From a virus, in IMG/VR virus record IMGVR_UViG_3300005613_000030, positions 1-64,000 of that record: 64,000 nt of DNA; one strand, written 5' to 3'. The translations under genes were made by a program, and so were the position numbers. Numbering within the stretch: the first letter of the stretch is position 1; each line of letters begins with the position of its first letter. The notes below the pieces were generated by a model. That model was not told the DNA's origin and ran no database searches. It saw only the letters and a program-made list of their open reading frames with translations. Below are positions 18,256 to 29,510 of this stretch, in pieces.

Positions 18256-20052
18256 ATGCAAATCACGAATATTGAAATTCATAATATTTTAAGCATTGAG
18301 GATATTGAGTTATCGTTTGATGACAATGGATTAACATTGATTGAAGGTTGGGACTATGATGAAAATCGTTCTAATGGAGCTGGTAAATCAGCGATATTTA
18401 ATGCAATTTCATTTGGGTTGTATGATAAAGTTCCTCGTAAAATAACAAAAACTGAGATCTTAAGGAAAGGGACTAAAGAAGGGTATTGTATTGTTACAAT
18501 TGTGTCTGGTAAAGATACATATATTGTAAAGCGATCTCGGCCAACTGCTGTTGAATATCGCGTCAATGACGAAAAAGTAGATATGACTCAAGAAGAATTT
18601 GAGAGTAAAATAGGACTTGTATATACGCAATTTATTACTACTATGTACACCGCTCAAAATACTCAAAGTAAATTCATTTATCTTAATGACCGTGAAAAGA
18701 AAGATTTTATTTTAAATTTAATGAAATTAGGTGAATTTAACGATTTCCATAAGCAGGCTAAAATTGCTATGACTGAACTAGATAAGGATTTAGCAGTTAA
18801 GAAAGTAGAGCTATCTGGTTTACAATCGGAAGTGAATCTGTACAAAGAATCCTTAGTTGATCCTGATATTCTACAGTCTCGAATAGAATCAAATAATGCA
18901 GATATCAAAGAGCACACAAATAAAATTATTGAATTACAGAAAACATCTAAACCAGATTTTAGTGAATATCAAGATCTTGAAAATAAAGTATCGGCATCAC
19001 GACAGCAACTAGCTATTGATAGAGATAATAGATCACGAATTATGAATGATTATAATGCAGCATGCATTGAAGCTTCTACTGAATTTCAATTTTACACACC
19101 TACAGCTGATACTAAATGCCCAGATTGCGATACACCTTTAGTTATTAAAAATAACCAAGCATTTCATTTAGAAAATGTAGAGGACCAACGTAGAGAAGCT
19201 AGAGCTCAATACGACAACGTTATAAAAGATGCACAGAATAATGTAAAGCTATTAAAGCAACAATTAGACGAATATGATATAAAGTTGGCAAAAAAACCTC
19301 AAATTGAAGCATTAGCTGCGAAAATTAGACAGCAGAAAGAGATTGATTTTCGTGATTACAATACGGCACAACAGAATATCAACGAATATCAACGAGTTAT
19401 TTCAATAAAAGAATCAGATAATGCCACATTATTACACGCATTGCAAAAAAATGCTGATATTAAACAAAAGATTAATGGTGTAATACAAAAAGCTATCGTA
19501 TTAGATGCACAGAAGAAGCAGCTATCTAATGAATTAGATATTGTAAAATCATGTTCCCAGATATTTTCCCCTACTGGAGCACCAGCTTATATAATGGATT
19601 CAGTTATAGAAGCGTTTAATGAGATTGTGCATAATTACATACAAATGGTTTGGGCTAATGCCTCATATAAGATACAGACTTATAAAGTCAAAAGTGACAA
19701 AACAGTGTCAACAAAATTCTCGGAAGAATTAATAATTAACGGGAAAAATAGATCTATTGGTGGATTATCTGGTGGAGAACTTAGATTATTATCATTAGCC
19801 CTAGATTTCGCTATTTTAGAGGTGTTATCTACACAATTTAATATGAAGTTGAATCCAATTATTTTAGATGAACCTTTTGATTCACTAGATGCCGTTGGTC
19901 GTGAAGCGGTAATTGATCTGTTAAATCAACTATCTACGAGTTATAATATAATCGTAATCGATCACGCCACTGAAGTAAAAACACTTTTTAGTCAAGTGAT
20001 TAAAGTTGAAAAGAAAGCCGGTATATCGTCTATCGCTAACAATAAGGTGTGA
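18256..20052 (+). CDS. sbcC: SbcC/Rad50 (gp46-like) ATPase
   Basis: NGAGKS; CPDC zinc hook; LSGGE; ILDEPFD; VIDH. Confidence 0.95.
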   Translation: MQITNIEIHNILSIEDIELSFDDNGLTLIEGWDYDENRSNGAGKSAIFNAISFGLYDKVPRKITKTEILRKGTKEGYCIVTIVSGKDTYIVKRSRPTAVEYRVNDEKVDMTQEEFESKIGLVYTQFITTMYTAQNTQSKFIYLNDREKKDFILNLMKLGEFNDFHKQAKIAMTELDKDLAVKKVELSGLQSEVNLYKESLVDPDILQSRIESNNADIKEHTNKIIELQKTSKPDFSEYQDLENKVSASRQQLAIDRDNRSRIMNDYNAACIEASTEFQFYTPTADTKCPDCDTPLVIKNNQAFHLENVEDQRREARAQYDNVIKDAQNNVKLLKQQLDEYDIKLAKKPQIEALAAKIRQQKEIDFRDYNTAQQNINEYQRVISIKESDNATLLHALQKNADIKQKINGVIQKAIVLDAQKKQLSNELDIVKSCSQIFSPTGAPAYIMDSVIEAFNEIVHNYIQMVWANASYKIQTYKVKSDKTVSTKFSEELIINGKNRSIGGLSGGELRLLSLALDFAILEVLSTQFNMKLNPIILDEPFDSLDAVGREAVIDLLNQLSTSYNIIVIDHATEVKTLFSQVIKVEKKAGISSIANNKV

Positions 20053-20064
20053 TATAATCAATAT

Positions 20065-20769
20065 ATGGATAATTTAATTAAAAAGATCAATATACTTGAA
20101 GAACTATTAAAAGGATTACAGACTAATCTAAATAATTCATCTGTGTTACCTTCAATCAAGCAGCCTTCTTCAAAAACCAATATAGCTTCTGGTCCTAAAA
20201 TACCAAGTGTTGCTCCATCTAACAAGAAGAACCCAATCAAACAAGCAGAGCAAATAAAAAATAAAGATTTCAAAGATATTAAAATGCGAGAAGCTAGAGA
20301 GGCTTTAAATATAAATAAATCTACTGGTCAATGGTCTTTAGGTAAAGATTGTTCTGCAGATTCCGATATTGAGAAAGAAGAAAAGAAGTGGCCAAAACCT
20401 AATCGTCCAGGGACTTTTCCGAATGAATCGCATGTATTAGATACAGTAGATGGGCATAGAACAGTACGATATCCTAAGAGCTCTTCAAATGGTAAAGATG
20501 CGTACGGTCATCGAAAGGTGCCCAATAAAGTTAAAGTCACACATATATGGGATCATGATAATAAAGAATGGAAGTACAGTAAGCATTCAAGTATTCGCGA
20601 TAGTGAAAATAAAAAAAATGCATCTCAAAATACTATAGAGTCTAAAAAGGAAGAAGCTAAATACAATCCGGGTCTTCGCTCTCGCTTAGAGGCAACTGGG
20701 GTAATTAAGCCCGAAGAAAAGAAGCCACCTAAGCAAAAAACAATAAGACGACCCCATAAAAAACAATAA
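20065..20769 (+). CDS. Basic low-complexity hypothetical protein, possibly an internal head protein (leaderless)
   Basis: TGATATAAT-N6-ATG; contains LIKK, LLKG and INKS motifs. Confidence 0.65.
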   Translation: MDNLIKKINILEELLKGLQTNLNNSSVLPSIKQPSSKTNIASGPKIPSVAPSNKKNPIKQAEQIKNKDFKDIKMREAREALNINKSTGQWSLGKDCSADSDIEKEEKKWPKPNRPGTFPNESHVLDTVDGHRTVRYPKSSSNGKDAYGHRKVPNKVKVTHIWDHDNKEWKYSKHSSIRDSENKKNASQNTIESKKEEAKYNPGLRSRLEATGVIKPEEKKPPKQKTIRRPHKKQ

Positions 20770-20792
20770 AATAATTCAAGTATAATCCCCAT

Positions 20793-21428
20793 ATGAATAT
20801 TTTAATTTTAGATCCAGCTAACAGCACTGGTTATTGTGTTGTGCAAGTTAATAATAATATTGCCAATATTACTAATTGGGGCTTCATTGATATTGAACCA
20901 AATGAAATAGCCGGCAATGAATATCTATCGTATATAGATATGGTTGAAAACTTAATTAAGGCATACGATATAGAAGAAATTGCTCATGAAGATTATTTCT
21001 TTTCTAAATTTGCTTCTCAAGGTGCAAATAAGAACTGCTCTTTTAGAGCAATGATACAGATGGTTGCGTGTAAACACCATATTCCATATACAGTAATTAA
21101 CATATCTCTATGGAAGAAATTTATTAACGGTAGAACTACACCTACTAAATTACAGAAAGATCAATGGGGAAAAGAACCTGCTAAAAAGTTAATGACACAA
21201 GAATCCTTATGGAAGACATGGGGTATTAAATTCCCAAATCACTCTTTATCTCAAAAAACAAAAAAACCTATTAAATTTCGTTATGATATAGTTGACGCTG
21301 TAGCAATGGCTATTTTTTATGTCTCTATTTATCATCGTATTCATAATATAAATTATAATGTCGAAACGATCCCTGATCATAAGTGGAAAAAACAACCAAA
21401 AGGTATTTATAATTATGGTGATATATAG
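20793..21428 (+). CDS. RuvC-like Holliday junction resolvase (leaderless)
   Basis: ILILDPA..TGY; IAHED; WKK; DIVDAVAMA. Confidence 0.8.
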   Translation: MNILILDPANSTGYCVVQVNNNIANITNWGFIDIEPNEIAGNEYLSYIDMVENLIKAYDIEEIAHEDYFFSKFASQGANKNCSFRAMIQMVACKHHIPYTVINISLWKKFINGRTTPTKLQKDQWGKEPAKKLMTQESLWKTWGIKFPNHSLSQKTKKPIKFRYDIVDAVAMAIFYVSIYHRIHNINYNVETIPDHKWKKQPKGIYNYGDI

Positions 21429-22059
21429 AATATATAATATTAACACCAATAAGGCTTATATTGGGCAAACAATTCAAAAAGTGCAACGTCGTTGGAATGT
21501 CCATATAAGTAATTTACGTAAAAGAATACACTATAATACTTACTTACAGCGTGCATGGGATAAGTATGGCGAAAAGTATTTTAAATTTGAAGTAATTAAA
21601 GAATGTCAATCGATTAATGATTTAAATTTCTGGGAAGAATACCTAATAAAACGAGAAAAGACACATAAAAAAAATCACGGGTATAATATTGATTTCGGTG
21701 GAAAGAATTTCAAGAATAGAATTCCATGGAATAAAGGTAAAAAAGATTGTCAACGAGCATGGAATAAAGGTAAAAAGGGCGTTTCAAAAACAACTGCTGA
21801 ACGCATGTCGCGCGCACATAAAGGATCTAAACCGTGGATAGCGGGTAAACATCACACTGATCAAGCTCGATTGAAAATGAGTATTAGTAAGGGTATGAAA
21901 CCATTTAAAGTGTATGAAAAAGTCAATAAGCAGTATGTGGGTACTTGGATTAGTATGGCACAATGTGGCAGAGATTTAAACATTAAGAACTATCGCAACA
22001 TAGGAGATGTTTTAATTGGTAAAAGAAATACATGCGATGGTTTTATTTTTCAATATTAA
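21415..22059 (+). CDS. GIY-YIG homing endonuclease with NUMOD3-type repeats
   Basis: VIYRI..AYIGQT..R; HGYN; PWNKG repeats. Confidence 0.9.
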   Translation: MVIYRIYNINTNKAYIGQTIQKVQRRWNVHISNLRKRIHYNTYLQRAWDKYGEKYFKFEVIKECQSINDLNFWEEYLIKREKTHKKNHGYNIDFGGKNFKNRIPWNKGKKDCQRAWNKGKKGVSKTTAERMSRAHKGSKPWIAGKHHTDQARLKMSISKGMKPFKVYEKVNKQYVGTWISMAQCGRDLNIKNYRNIGDVLIGKRNTCDGFIFQY

Positions 22060-22071
22060 AGGGAGAATGCA

Positions 22072-22365
22072 ATGAGTAAAAAGAATAAAGTGTTAAGTAG
22101 TTCATTTGTTGAGAATAATAAAGGTATTAGTGAAGATGAAGCATATGAAAAAGTAATTCAATGTGAATTAACTATTAAGAGTTTAAATGAAGAGAAGAAA
22201 AATGACGATAAGTTGAATGCCGCAAAGCAAATCGCCAAAGATTTAAATGCGGGATATTCATCAGCTCTAGCTTATGAAAAAGCTAAAATTCAGTTCCTGT
22301 TAGAAGAAATCGAGAAGATTCAAGCTAATCAAGTTAACCCCACTAGTGGATTAAACGAAGATTAA
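22072..22365 (+). CDS. Hypothetical coiled-coil protein
   Basis: GGGAG SD; ORF. Confidence 0.7.
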   Translation: MSKKNKVLSSSFVENNKGISEDEAYEKVIQCELTIKSLNEEKKNDDKLNAAKQIAKDLNAGYSSALAYEKAKIQFLLEEIEKIQANQVNPTSGLNED

Positions 22366-22412
22366 AATAGTAAAGTTTTTTAATATCAAATATATAAATA
22401 CTGGAGAATTGC

Positions 22413-22754
22413 ATGTCACTTAAGACAGATTATGGATTAGCCGCTGCGTTAGACACAGCATTTAATGCGGGTAAAGATTATATTGGAACCGAATTGGCAC
22501 CCGGTTCTGCTTATCCAACACTATCGGCAGGTTTAACTGATGCTGCAAGTCAAGGTAAGGAAACTTTCCTTATTTCAGTTGCAGTTCTTCACGCACCTGA
22601 AACATTAAAATTACAGAATAAATATTGGTTAGCATTTCAATCTGGTATGTATCAGGCATTAGCTGATGAAGGTATTTATAATACAGAAGTCACTTTTACT
22701 TTAAACGTAGCCGATACTCTAGAAACTAAAATCGATTTCAACTTCTCATTCTAA
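22413..22754 (+). CDS. Hypothetical protein (possibly virion)
   Basis: GGAG SD; ORF. Confidence 0.7.
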   Translation: MSLKTDYGLAAALDTAFNAGKDYIGTELAPGSAYPTLSAGLTDAASQGKETFLISVAVLHAPETLKLQNKYWLAFQSGMYQALADEGIYNTEVTFTLNVADTLETKIDFNFSF

Positions 22755-22832
22755 TTACACCTTATTATTCTTAGAAAATTCCCCTTATTGTATAATATAA
22801 AAAAGATGTTATTACACAGATAAGGATATATT

Positions 22833-25800
22833 ATGAATCTCTGCTGGATTGACTTAGAAACAACTGGACTCGATGAAAGAAAACACGATGTTATTCAGTT
22901 AGCTTGTATTCCGGTTATTAATGGTGTTCGTCAAAAAGCATTTAATGAATTTTGTCAACCATCTAATTGGGACACAATTGAACAAGAAGCATTAAATGTC
23001 CATGGGATTTCAAGGGAACAGTTAGCGACATTTCAATCGCAAGAGCAAATGCTAAATAATTTCATAGCTTATGTTAGTTCTTTTAATACTCGTTTTGGTA
23101 TTGCTGGACATAATGTTGCTTTCTTTGACAAAAGATTTTTATCAACCTTGTTTAAAAATTATAATAAAAATAATGCGTTTTTTGCATTATTTAATTTAAC
23201 TGTGCATGATACATTAGTACGAGCTAGATCATTAAAGGGTGTCTTAAAGACTGAAAATAATAAATTAGAGACATTAGCTAATCATTTTAATATTGAAATT
23301 CAAGCGCACGATGCATTATCTGATATATCTGCAAATATTGATGTTGACCGTGAATTAGCGAAAATATTACAAGAAAGCACTGAATTATATAAACCATCTA
23401 TCGATAAAAATAATATAGAAATCAATGAGAAGTTACCAGAACCAATGCAATTACACTTGCACTCTCAATATTCAATGGCAGGTGCAATTCCTACACCTGA
23501 AGATTGGGCTAAATGGTGCGAAGAAAATGATGTTCCTGGTTTTTCTGTTGTTGATCATGGTTATGCTATATCTTTATTTCAAGTGGCTAATAATAAATCT
23601 AAAGTAGTCAGTATTCCAGGTGCTTGTTTAAATTTTAAATTTAATTTAGAAGATGAGGATTTTTATCACTTAAATATTTGGGGAGTTAATACAGCTGGAT
23701 ATTTTAATGTAATGAAGTTAACATCATTGGGATGGGATAGTTTCATTACTCATGATAAAAAAGATATACCAATTATTACATTTCAGCAGATATTAGATCA
23801 CAGAGAGGGATTGAAATTTGGAACAGCTGATATAGAAGGATATGTAGGTAAAGCAATTATTGAGGGAAAAGCTGAGATTGCGGAATTGAGATATAAGCAA
23901 TTAATTCAAAGCTTTGGAAACGATCTATATATTGAATTTAATCCAATTGACATCACGCATTACTATGATAAAAAGATAGGATTTAAACCTGTAAGTAGCA
24001 ATGCTATAATTACAGACAATAATTCACAGAAAGCATATAATAACTTTTTATTTAGCATGCTACAATATGGAGGTAAACCAATTCCTGTATCAGGTGCTTG
24101 TTTTATTGATCATGATGATAAAATTCTGCAAGATTGCATATGTAAAAACAATAATAAAGATGGTAAATTCTTCCAAGAATCATATCACGCTAAAACTGCT
24201 AATACATTATATAAAGAATTAAAAGTCCACTTACATGATAAAGACTTCGATATCTGTGTGTTTAAAGAGTGGATACAGAATACCATGGAATTTCATAAAT
24301 CTGCAACTGATATATCTGTGTCGTTTAAGTATCATTTAGCAGAGATAGAAATACCAGAGCATATAAAAACACAAACTTCTAGTTACGATGAGCAATTATA
24401 TTTGTATACATTAGAACGTATTAAAAAACATGGACGATGGAATAATAGCGATAAATACCGTGAACGATTCTTAAAAGAATTAGATGTTATTGCTAAAAAT
24501 AAAGCCATGAATTTCTTACCTTACTTTTTAATGTATGATGATTTCGGTGAATTTGCAAGAAATCAAGGCTTTTTACAAAATATAGCACGTGGTTCTGCTG
24601 GTGGTTCATTGCTATCGTATTACCTCAAGATTATCCACGTTGATCCTGTTGATAAGGATATCCCATTTGAACGTTTTTTATCTCATGCACGTATTAATGC
24701 TGGTTCATGGCCAGACATTGATATGGATATATCTAAGTCCGCTAGACCACATTTAATGAGGTATATGAAACAAAAATATGGATCAGGTTTTGCACAAGTG
24801 GCTACATTTTCTACTATGAAAACTAAAAATGCAATAAAAGACACAATGAAAGCTCTTTATGGACGAAATAGAAAAGATTTTGAAGTAGAAGCTGTATGCA
24901 AATCAATCCCAGATTCTCCACAAGGTGTATCTGAAGCTAATTTCTTGTATGGGTATGAAGATAAAGAAGGGCATTATCATGAAGGTCAACTAGATACCAA
25001 TCAACATTTACAGACATTTTTTGAGCTGTATCCCGATGTAGCGAGTGTAGTTAAGCGCTTAATCGGTGTGGTTAGAGGGCTTTCTCGGCACGCTTCAGCA
25101 TTTGTTGTATCAACACTGGATCTTCCAGCAGAAAGAGTTCCTACATTAACTATGTATGATAAAGGTATGGGAGAGAATATCCATGTAACTCAATATGATG
25201 CATCTATGTGTGAAAAATCTGAGTTAGTAAAGGCTGACGTCCTTGGATTAAAGACATTATCAGTTGTAACTGATGCCCTTAAATTAATCGAAGATGTCGA
25301 TTATAGAGAGCCTGATGAAAATGGTATGAATTTAATATATCGTTTACCTGAGGATGAACAAGTATATGCGAATTTTTACAATAAAAAGACTGATTCATCA
25401 TTCCAATTTAATACACCTGTTGTAAAAGCATCAATACAGAATTTTATTCCAACTGAAAGAAAGCACTTATCTGCATTAACAGCACTGTTGCGACCTGGAG
25501 CTATGGATGCTAAAATGACTAGTATTGACGGTTGCGATAATATGTCAGCTACTGAATACTACATGCAAGTTAGAAGTGGAACACGCCAAGTTGAATATAT
25601 TCATCCAGATCTTGAATATATTTTAAAAGACTCCAACGGCGTGTTTTGCTTTCAAGAGGAAATTATGCAATTTTTGGTTGAAATAGTTGGTTATACTTTA
25701 GAAGAATCTGACCAAATTAGAGCAGCAATTGCAAAAAAGAAACATGATGTGATGATGGCAGCATTTGATCGTATTAGGGCTGCAACAGCAGCACGAGGCT

Positions 25801-26813
25801 GGAGTAATGAACAACAAGAGGCAATATGTAATGTTATTATGGCATTTTCACGTTATTCTTTCAATAAAAGCCATTCTCACGCATATGCAGAACTTGGATA
25901 TATCACAATGTATTTAAAGCATTATCATAAATTAGAATGGTGGGCAGCTGTTTTAAATAATGAAGATAATGAGGATAAATTGCGACATTATATTTCTATT
26001 TTAGGTGATTTAATTAAGCCGCCTTCAATGAAAAGCCCTATGGAAAGATTCACTATTAATGGCGAATATATAGTTGCACCAATATCAGTGATAAAAGGCG
26101 TTGGCCCTAAGACATATAATGAATTAACTGAAAAAGGGCCATTTACTGATATTCAAGATTATTGTAATAGAGTTGATCATCGTAAAGCAGATATCGGTGC
26201 AGTAAGCATGCTGATTATGGCTCGTGCTGCAGATGATTTTATGGATAAAACTCTTGATTATGTAAGTGCTCGTTTTAAATTTATGGATGATTATAAAAAA
26301 GCTCGTGGGAATATTAAAACAAATTTTAAACCAGAATTAATAGCAAAAGATCCCTTAGATATATTGCTATTAGAGAAAAAAGCAAATACAGCTTTCAATA
26401 AAAGTGTTTTATCAGAGCCTGATTTAATGAATTTGATCCTATCAAAATGGAAGGGATTACAGCAAACAGGTAGAAAAGGCATACCATTGATGTTAAACGG
26501 TATACCAATTTTAACTAATGTTAATGTTGCAGTTGGACTATTAGAAAAGAATTATGAAAAAGATATAGGTATGATTCTATTATGTGAAAAATCAGCTGTC
26601 CGTAAAGGGATATCTAAACGTACAGGGAAACCATATTGTTTTGTTAGTACTACATTAAATGACGGCTTTATGGACGTTGAGGCAACTGACTGGAATGCTA
26701 AAATTGCCTATAAATTCCCTAAAAATAGCTTAGTATATGTGCGTGGTGAGATAAAACAAGGTTGGAAGGCACCGATTTGTATAAATATAAAAGAAATTGA
26801 ATTAATTGAATAA
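22833..26813 (+). CDS. dnaE: DNA polymerase III alpha (DnaE) with fused N-terminal DEDDh 3'-5' exonuclease
   Basis: DLETTG, GHN..FD, HDALSD; PHP motif LHLHSQYS; RGSAGGSL; PDIDMD; KADVLGL; FNKSHS; IKGVG. Confidence 0.95.
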   Translation: MNLCWIDLETTGLDERKHDVIQLACIPVINGVRQKAFNEFCQPSNWDTIEQEALNVHGISREQLATFQSQEQMLNNFIAYVSSFNTRFGIAGHNVAFFDKRFLSTLFKNYNKNNAFFALFNLTVHDTLVRARSLKGVLKTENNKLETLANHFNIEIQAHDALSDISANIDVDRELAKILQESTELYKPSIDKNNIEINEKLPEPMQLHLHSQYSMAGAIPTPEDWAKWCEENDVPGFSVVDHGYAISLFQVANNKSKVVSIPGACLNFKFNLEDEDFYHLNIWGVNTAGYFNVMKLTSLGWDSFITHDKKDIPIITFQQILDHREGLKFGTADIEGYVGKAIIEGKAEIAELRYKQLIQSFGNDLYIEFNPIDITHYYDKKIGFKPVSSNAIITDNNSQKAYNNFLFSMLQYGGKPIPVSGACFIDHDDKILQDCICKNNNKDGKFFQESYHAKTANTLYKELKVHLHDKDFDICVFKEWIQNTMEFHKSATDISVSFKYHLAEIEIPEHIKTQTSSYDEQLYLYTLERIKKHGRWNNSDKYRERFLKELDVIAKNKAMNFLPYFLMYDDFGEFARNQGFLQNIARGSAGGSLLSYYLKIIHVDPVDKDIPFERFLSHARINAGSWPDIDMDISKSARPHLMRYMKQKYGSGFAQVATFSTMKTKNAIKDTMKALYGRNRKDFEVEAVCKSIPDSPQGVSEANFLYGYEDKEGHYHEGQLDTNQHLQTFFELYPDVASVVKRLIGVVRGLSRHASAFVVSTLDLPAERVPTLTMYDKGMGENIHVTQYDASMCEKSELVKADVLGLKTLSVVTDALKLIEDVDYREPDENGMNLIYRLPEDEQVYANFYNKKTDSSFQFNTPVVKASIQNFIPTERKHLSALTALLRPGAMDAKMTSIDGCDNMSATEYYMQVRSGTRQVEYIHPDLEYILKDSNGVFCFQEEIMQFLVEIVGYTLEESDQIRAAIAKKKHDVMMAAFDRIRAATAARGWSNEQQEAICNVIMAFSRYSFNKSHSHAYAELGYITMYLKHYHKLEWWAAVLNNEDNEDKLRHYISILGDLIKPPSMKSPMERFTINGEYIVAPISVIKGVGPKTYNELTEKGPFTDIQDYCNRVDHRKADIGAVSMLIMARAADDFMDKTLDYVSARFKFMDDYKKARGNIKTNFKPELIAKDPLDILLLEKKANTAFNKSVLSEPDLMNLILSKWKGLQQTGRKGIPLMLNGIPILTNVNVAVGLLEKNYEKDIGMILLCEKSAVRKGISKRTGKPYCFVSTTLNDGFMDVEATDWNAKIAYKFPKNSLVYVRGEIKQGWKAPICINIKEIELIE

Positions 26814-26822
26814 GGAGGATTT

Positions 26823-27083
26823 ATGCCATATATTACAATTAAAAATAGAAAGCAATTCGATAAAATTCTAGATGAGGTAAAGAGTGCCTATCCTACTAAT
26901 GCTGGAGAATTAAATTACTTAATCACATCAATATGTAAGATTTGCTTAGATAATAGTAGAAGAAAATATCAAAACTACAATGATGTTCTAGGGGCATTAG
27001 AGGGTGTTAAATTAGAGCTTTATAGACGATATATCGCAGAATACGAAGACGAAAAAATCAAAGAAAATGGAGATGTACAATGA
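26823..27083 (+). CDS. Conserved phage protein (MPYI...GELNY...KLELYRR...YEDEK..ENGDV family)
   Basis: Recognisable conserved small-protein motif pattern; AGGAGG SD. Confidence 0.75.
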   Translation: MPYITIKNRKQFDKILDEVKSAYPTNAGELNYLITSICKICLDNSRRKYQNYNDVLGALEGVKLELYRRYIAEYEDEKIKENGDVQ

Positions 27084-27406
27084 GTCGAGAATTTGGAGAT
27101 GATTGTGGTAGCTTTTTTCATGAAAAGATACGTAATGCGGTTAATAACTGCAAATATGAGGGTAACTATGAATTAACAAAAAAATGGGGTGAATTTTTAC
27201 AAGAGTTTTATAACATTGCATATTCTATATCCTCCTGTGAAGCTAGTGATACTTGTGAGAGTGATCTTATCATGGATACTATTTACAGACTACCACTGTT
27301 GCAGGGAAAACTCGATGAAATACAACAATACGTACAATTACATAAAACAATAGCAAATCACGCTGTACGAGATTATATTAACAAGGAGAAAAAAGATGGC
27401 TGTTAA
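27080..27406 (+). CDS. Hypothetical protein
   Basis: ATGA-coupled ORF. Confidence 0.7.
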   Translation: MSREFGDDCGSFFHEKIRNAVNNCKYEGNYELTKKWGEFLQEFYNIAYSISSCEASDTCESDLIMDTIYRLPLLQGKLDEIQQYVQLHKTIANHAVRDYINKEKKDGC

Positions 27407-27881
27407 ATACTGTCGAGTAAATGAAGCGCCTAGTGATATTACGTCAGAAGAATATATTATCACTATGCCGAAGTTTTTTGAAGAGATTAAAAAAGCTAGT
27501 CGTTTTCGGGGACAACAGAGTGTAATTACTACAAACTATTTAAGAGCTATTTTTGTAGAGATAGTATCAAAATACGATATTGATGTCAATCCATATACTG
27601 ACATGCATTTAGCTCGTTATAACGGACGACCGTCAACAACTGATGACAGCACATCGGCAATTATAAATGAAATAATTCAAAAAGAAAAACCCGATATAAT
27701 TGGTAAAGCCCTTGATTTTGCTATTCGTAATCGCCCTAAAAAAACTAAAATTATTTATTTTGTTGCGCCAGATTTTACTCATACTGGGGCTTTTATTACT
27801 AATGGAATGGACAGTATCCAACTAAAAGAGATTGATACATTATTAAATAAGAAAAAGAAAAAGTCAGCTAAGAAAGAATAA
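27396..27881 (+). CDS. Hypothetical protein
   Basis: AAGGAG SD. Confidence 0.7.
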   Translation: MAVKYCRVNEAPSDITSEEYIITMPKFFEEIKKASRFRGQQSVITTNYLRAIFVEIVSKYDIDVNPYTDMHLARYNGRPSTTDDSTSAIINEIIQKEKPDIIGKALDFAIRNRPKKTKIIYFVAPDFTHTGAFITNGMDSIQLKEIDTLLNKKKKKSAKKE

Positions 27882-27961
27882 TATTATGGTATAATATAAT
27901 TATGCCGAAAGGTAGAAATAATAACAATGCCACTTTAGGTAGCAATAAAAAAGGATTAAGC

Positions 27962-29032
27962 ATGGCAAAGATTTCCCTGAATATGGATTCCCTAAAACCT
28001 AAGAAAGAATGGAAACGTCACAAAGTTCAAGACGGTTCTAATACCTTTCGTTTTCTTCCACCTTTTGGACCTGAATCAAACGGTTACCATTATCGTAAAT
28101 GGGGTGTAATTTGGGGTCTTGTTGATCCTGTTTCTGGTAGAAAGCGACCTTTTGCATCTACATCTACTTTTGAAGGTAAATGTCCAGTTTACGAGTATTT
28201 AGATGTCCTTAAAGTTCAGATTAAAACACTTGAAGCTCAATTGATTCAATCTGGTATGTCGGAAGCTGATATTAAAGCTCGTTTAAAAGATACTAATACC
28301 TTTATCGGTAACCTTCGTCCTAAAACTGTATTTGCTTACAATGCATGTGATAAATCTGGTACAGTCGGTATCTTAGAATTAAAGAAAACGGCACATGATG
28401 AGTTATGTAAATTGATTAATCAATATATTAGGGATTATAATCAAGATCCGACATCGTTAAATAGTGCTATGGATGATTCAGGTGTATGGTTTAATATTAC
28501 GCGTGAAGGAACTATGTTTGAAACTAAATACGGTGTTGTTAAGAATCAAACTCGTGTAAAAGATCCCAATACTGGTGCATTATCGTATCAAGATGATAGA
28601 ACTGCATTACCGGAGCATGTAGTTACTGATTACGAGAATTTAGCATATGATTTAAATTCAGTTTATCAAAAGAAAACTTACGATGAATTAAAAGAGATCT
28701 TAATTGCTAATTTATCGTATCTAGTCGAAGACAATCCAGATTTAAAAGTTGAAGGGTTTTACGTTGATACTTCAACAATTCAGCAGCCAGCAGTACAACC
28801 AGTAAATGCCCCCGTTACACCACAGGCTACATCAAAACAAGGTGCGGGTAAGATTAACATAAACATGGGTGCTTTAAAGACTGAAGATGATACTACAATT
28901 GCTGCGCCTGCGGCACCACAACAACCGACAGCAACGCAATCAGTCACTATGACCACCCAAGCGACACAACCAACTAGCACTGAAGATACAGATGACCTTC
29001 TTAAAATGGCTGATGATATCTTCAATCAATAA
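27962..29032 (+). CDS. gp32-like single-stranded DNA-binding protein (alternative leaderless start 27902)
   Basis: FRFLPP; CPVYE; low-complexity linker; acidic DDLLKMADDIF tail. Confidence 0.75.
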   Translation: MAKISLNMDSLKPKKEWKRHKVQDGSNTFRFLPPFGPESNGYHYRKWGVIWGLVDPVSGRKRPFASTSTFEGKCPVYEYLDVLKVQIKTLEAQLIQSGMSEADIKARLKDTNTFIGNLRPKTVFAYNACDKSGTVGILELKKTAHDELCKLINQYIRDYNQDPTSLNSAMDDSGVWFNITREGTMFETKYGVVKNQTRVKDPNTGALSYQDDRTALPEHVVTDYENLAYDLNSVYQKKTYDELKEILIANLSYLVEDNPDLKVEGFYVDTSTIQQPAVQPVNAPVTPQATSKQGAGKININMGALKTEDDTTIAAPAAPQQPTATQSVTMTTQATQPTSTEDTDDLLKMADDIFNQ

Positions 29033-29042
29033 GGGATAAATA

Positions 29043-29510
29043 ATGGCAGATCAAAAAAGTGCCATTGATAAAATCCATAAAGCTGTTGATGTGACTAAGC
29101 TCGTAAAGTACACTAACAAAATTAAAGATATAGGGAGTCTTCAGAAAATGATGGCTCCCTTATATTTAAGGGATTTTATTGAGGCAATCGATGTTTCTTC
29201 GACTATGCTATCTATGGCAATTCATGCTGATCATAAAGCTGATGCTTTAGTTAAAAATGCAGAAGCTATTGCGTTTTTAGATAAAGCAGGGGATTATCTT
29301 AAAGCTAAGGGAATTAAAGATTCAGCAGAAGCACGTAAACGATATATAGATATTGACAGCGATGTGGTAGCAGCTAAAGATGAAAAAGCTAGAACTACTG
29401 CACTGGTTAGTTTCCTTAAAAATAAGGTGCGTGTTTTTCAAGATGCGCACAATGCTATTAAGAAAATAGCATATGGTGATCAAAATATGACTGATTGGGA
29501 GGGCATGTAA
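29043..29510 (+). CDS. Putative UvsY-like recombination mediator
   Basis: Helical protein with 'RKRYIDIDSDV'; located between SSB and RecA. Confidence 0.5.
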   Translation: MADQKSAIDKIHKAVDVTKLVKYTNKIKDIGSLQKMMAPLYLRDFIEAIDVSSTMLSMAIHADHKADALVKNAEAIAFLDKAGDYLKAKGIKDSAEARKRYIDIDSDVVAAKDEKARTTALVSFLKNKVRVFQDAHNAIKKIAYGDQNMTDWEGM

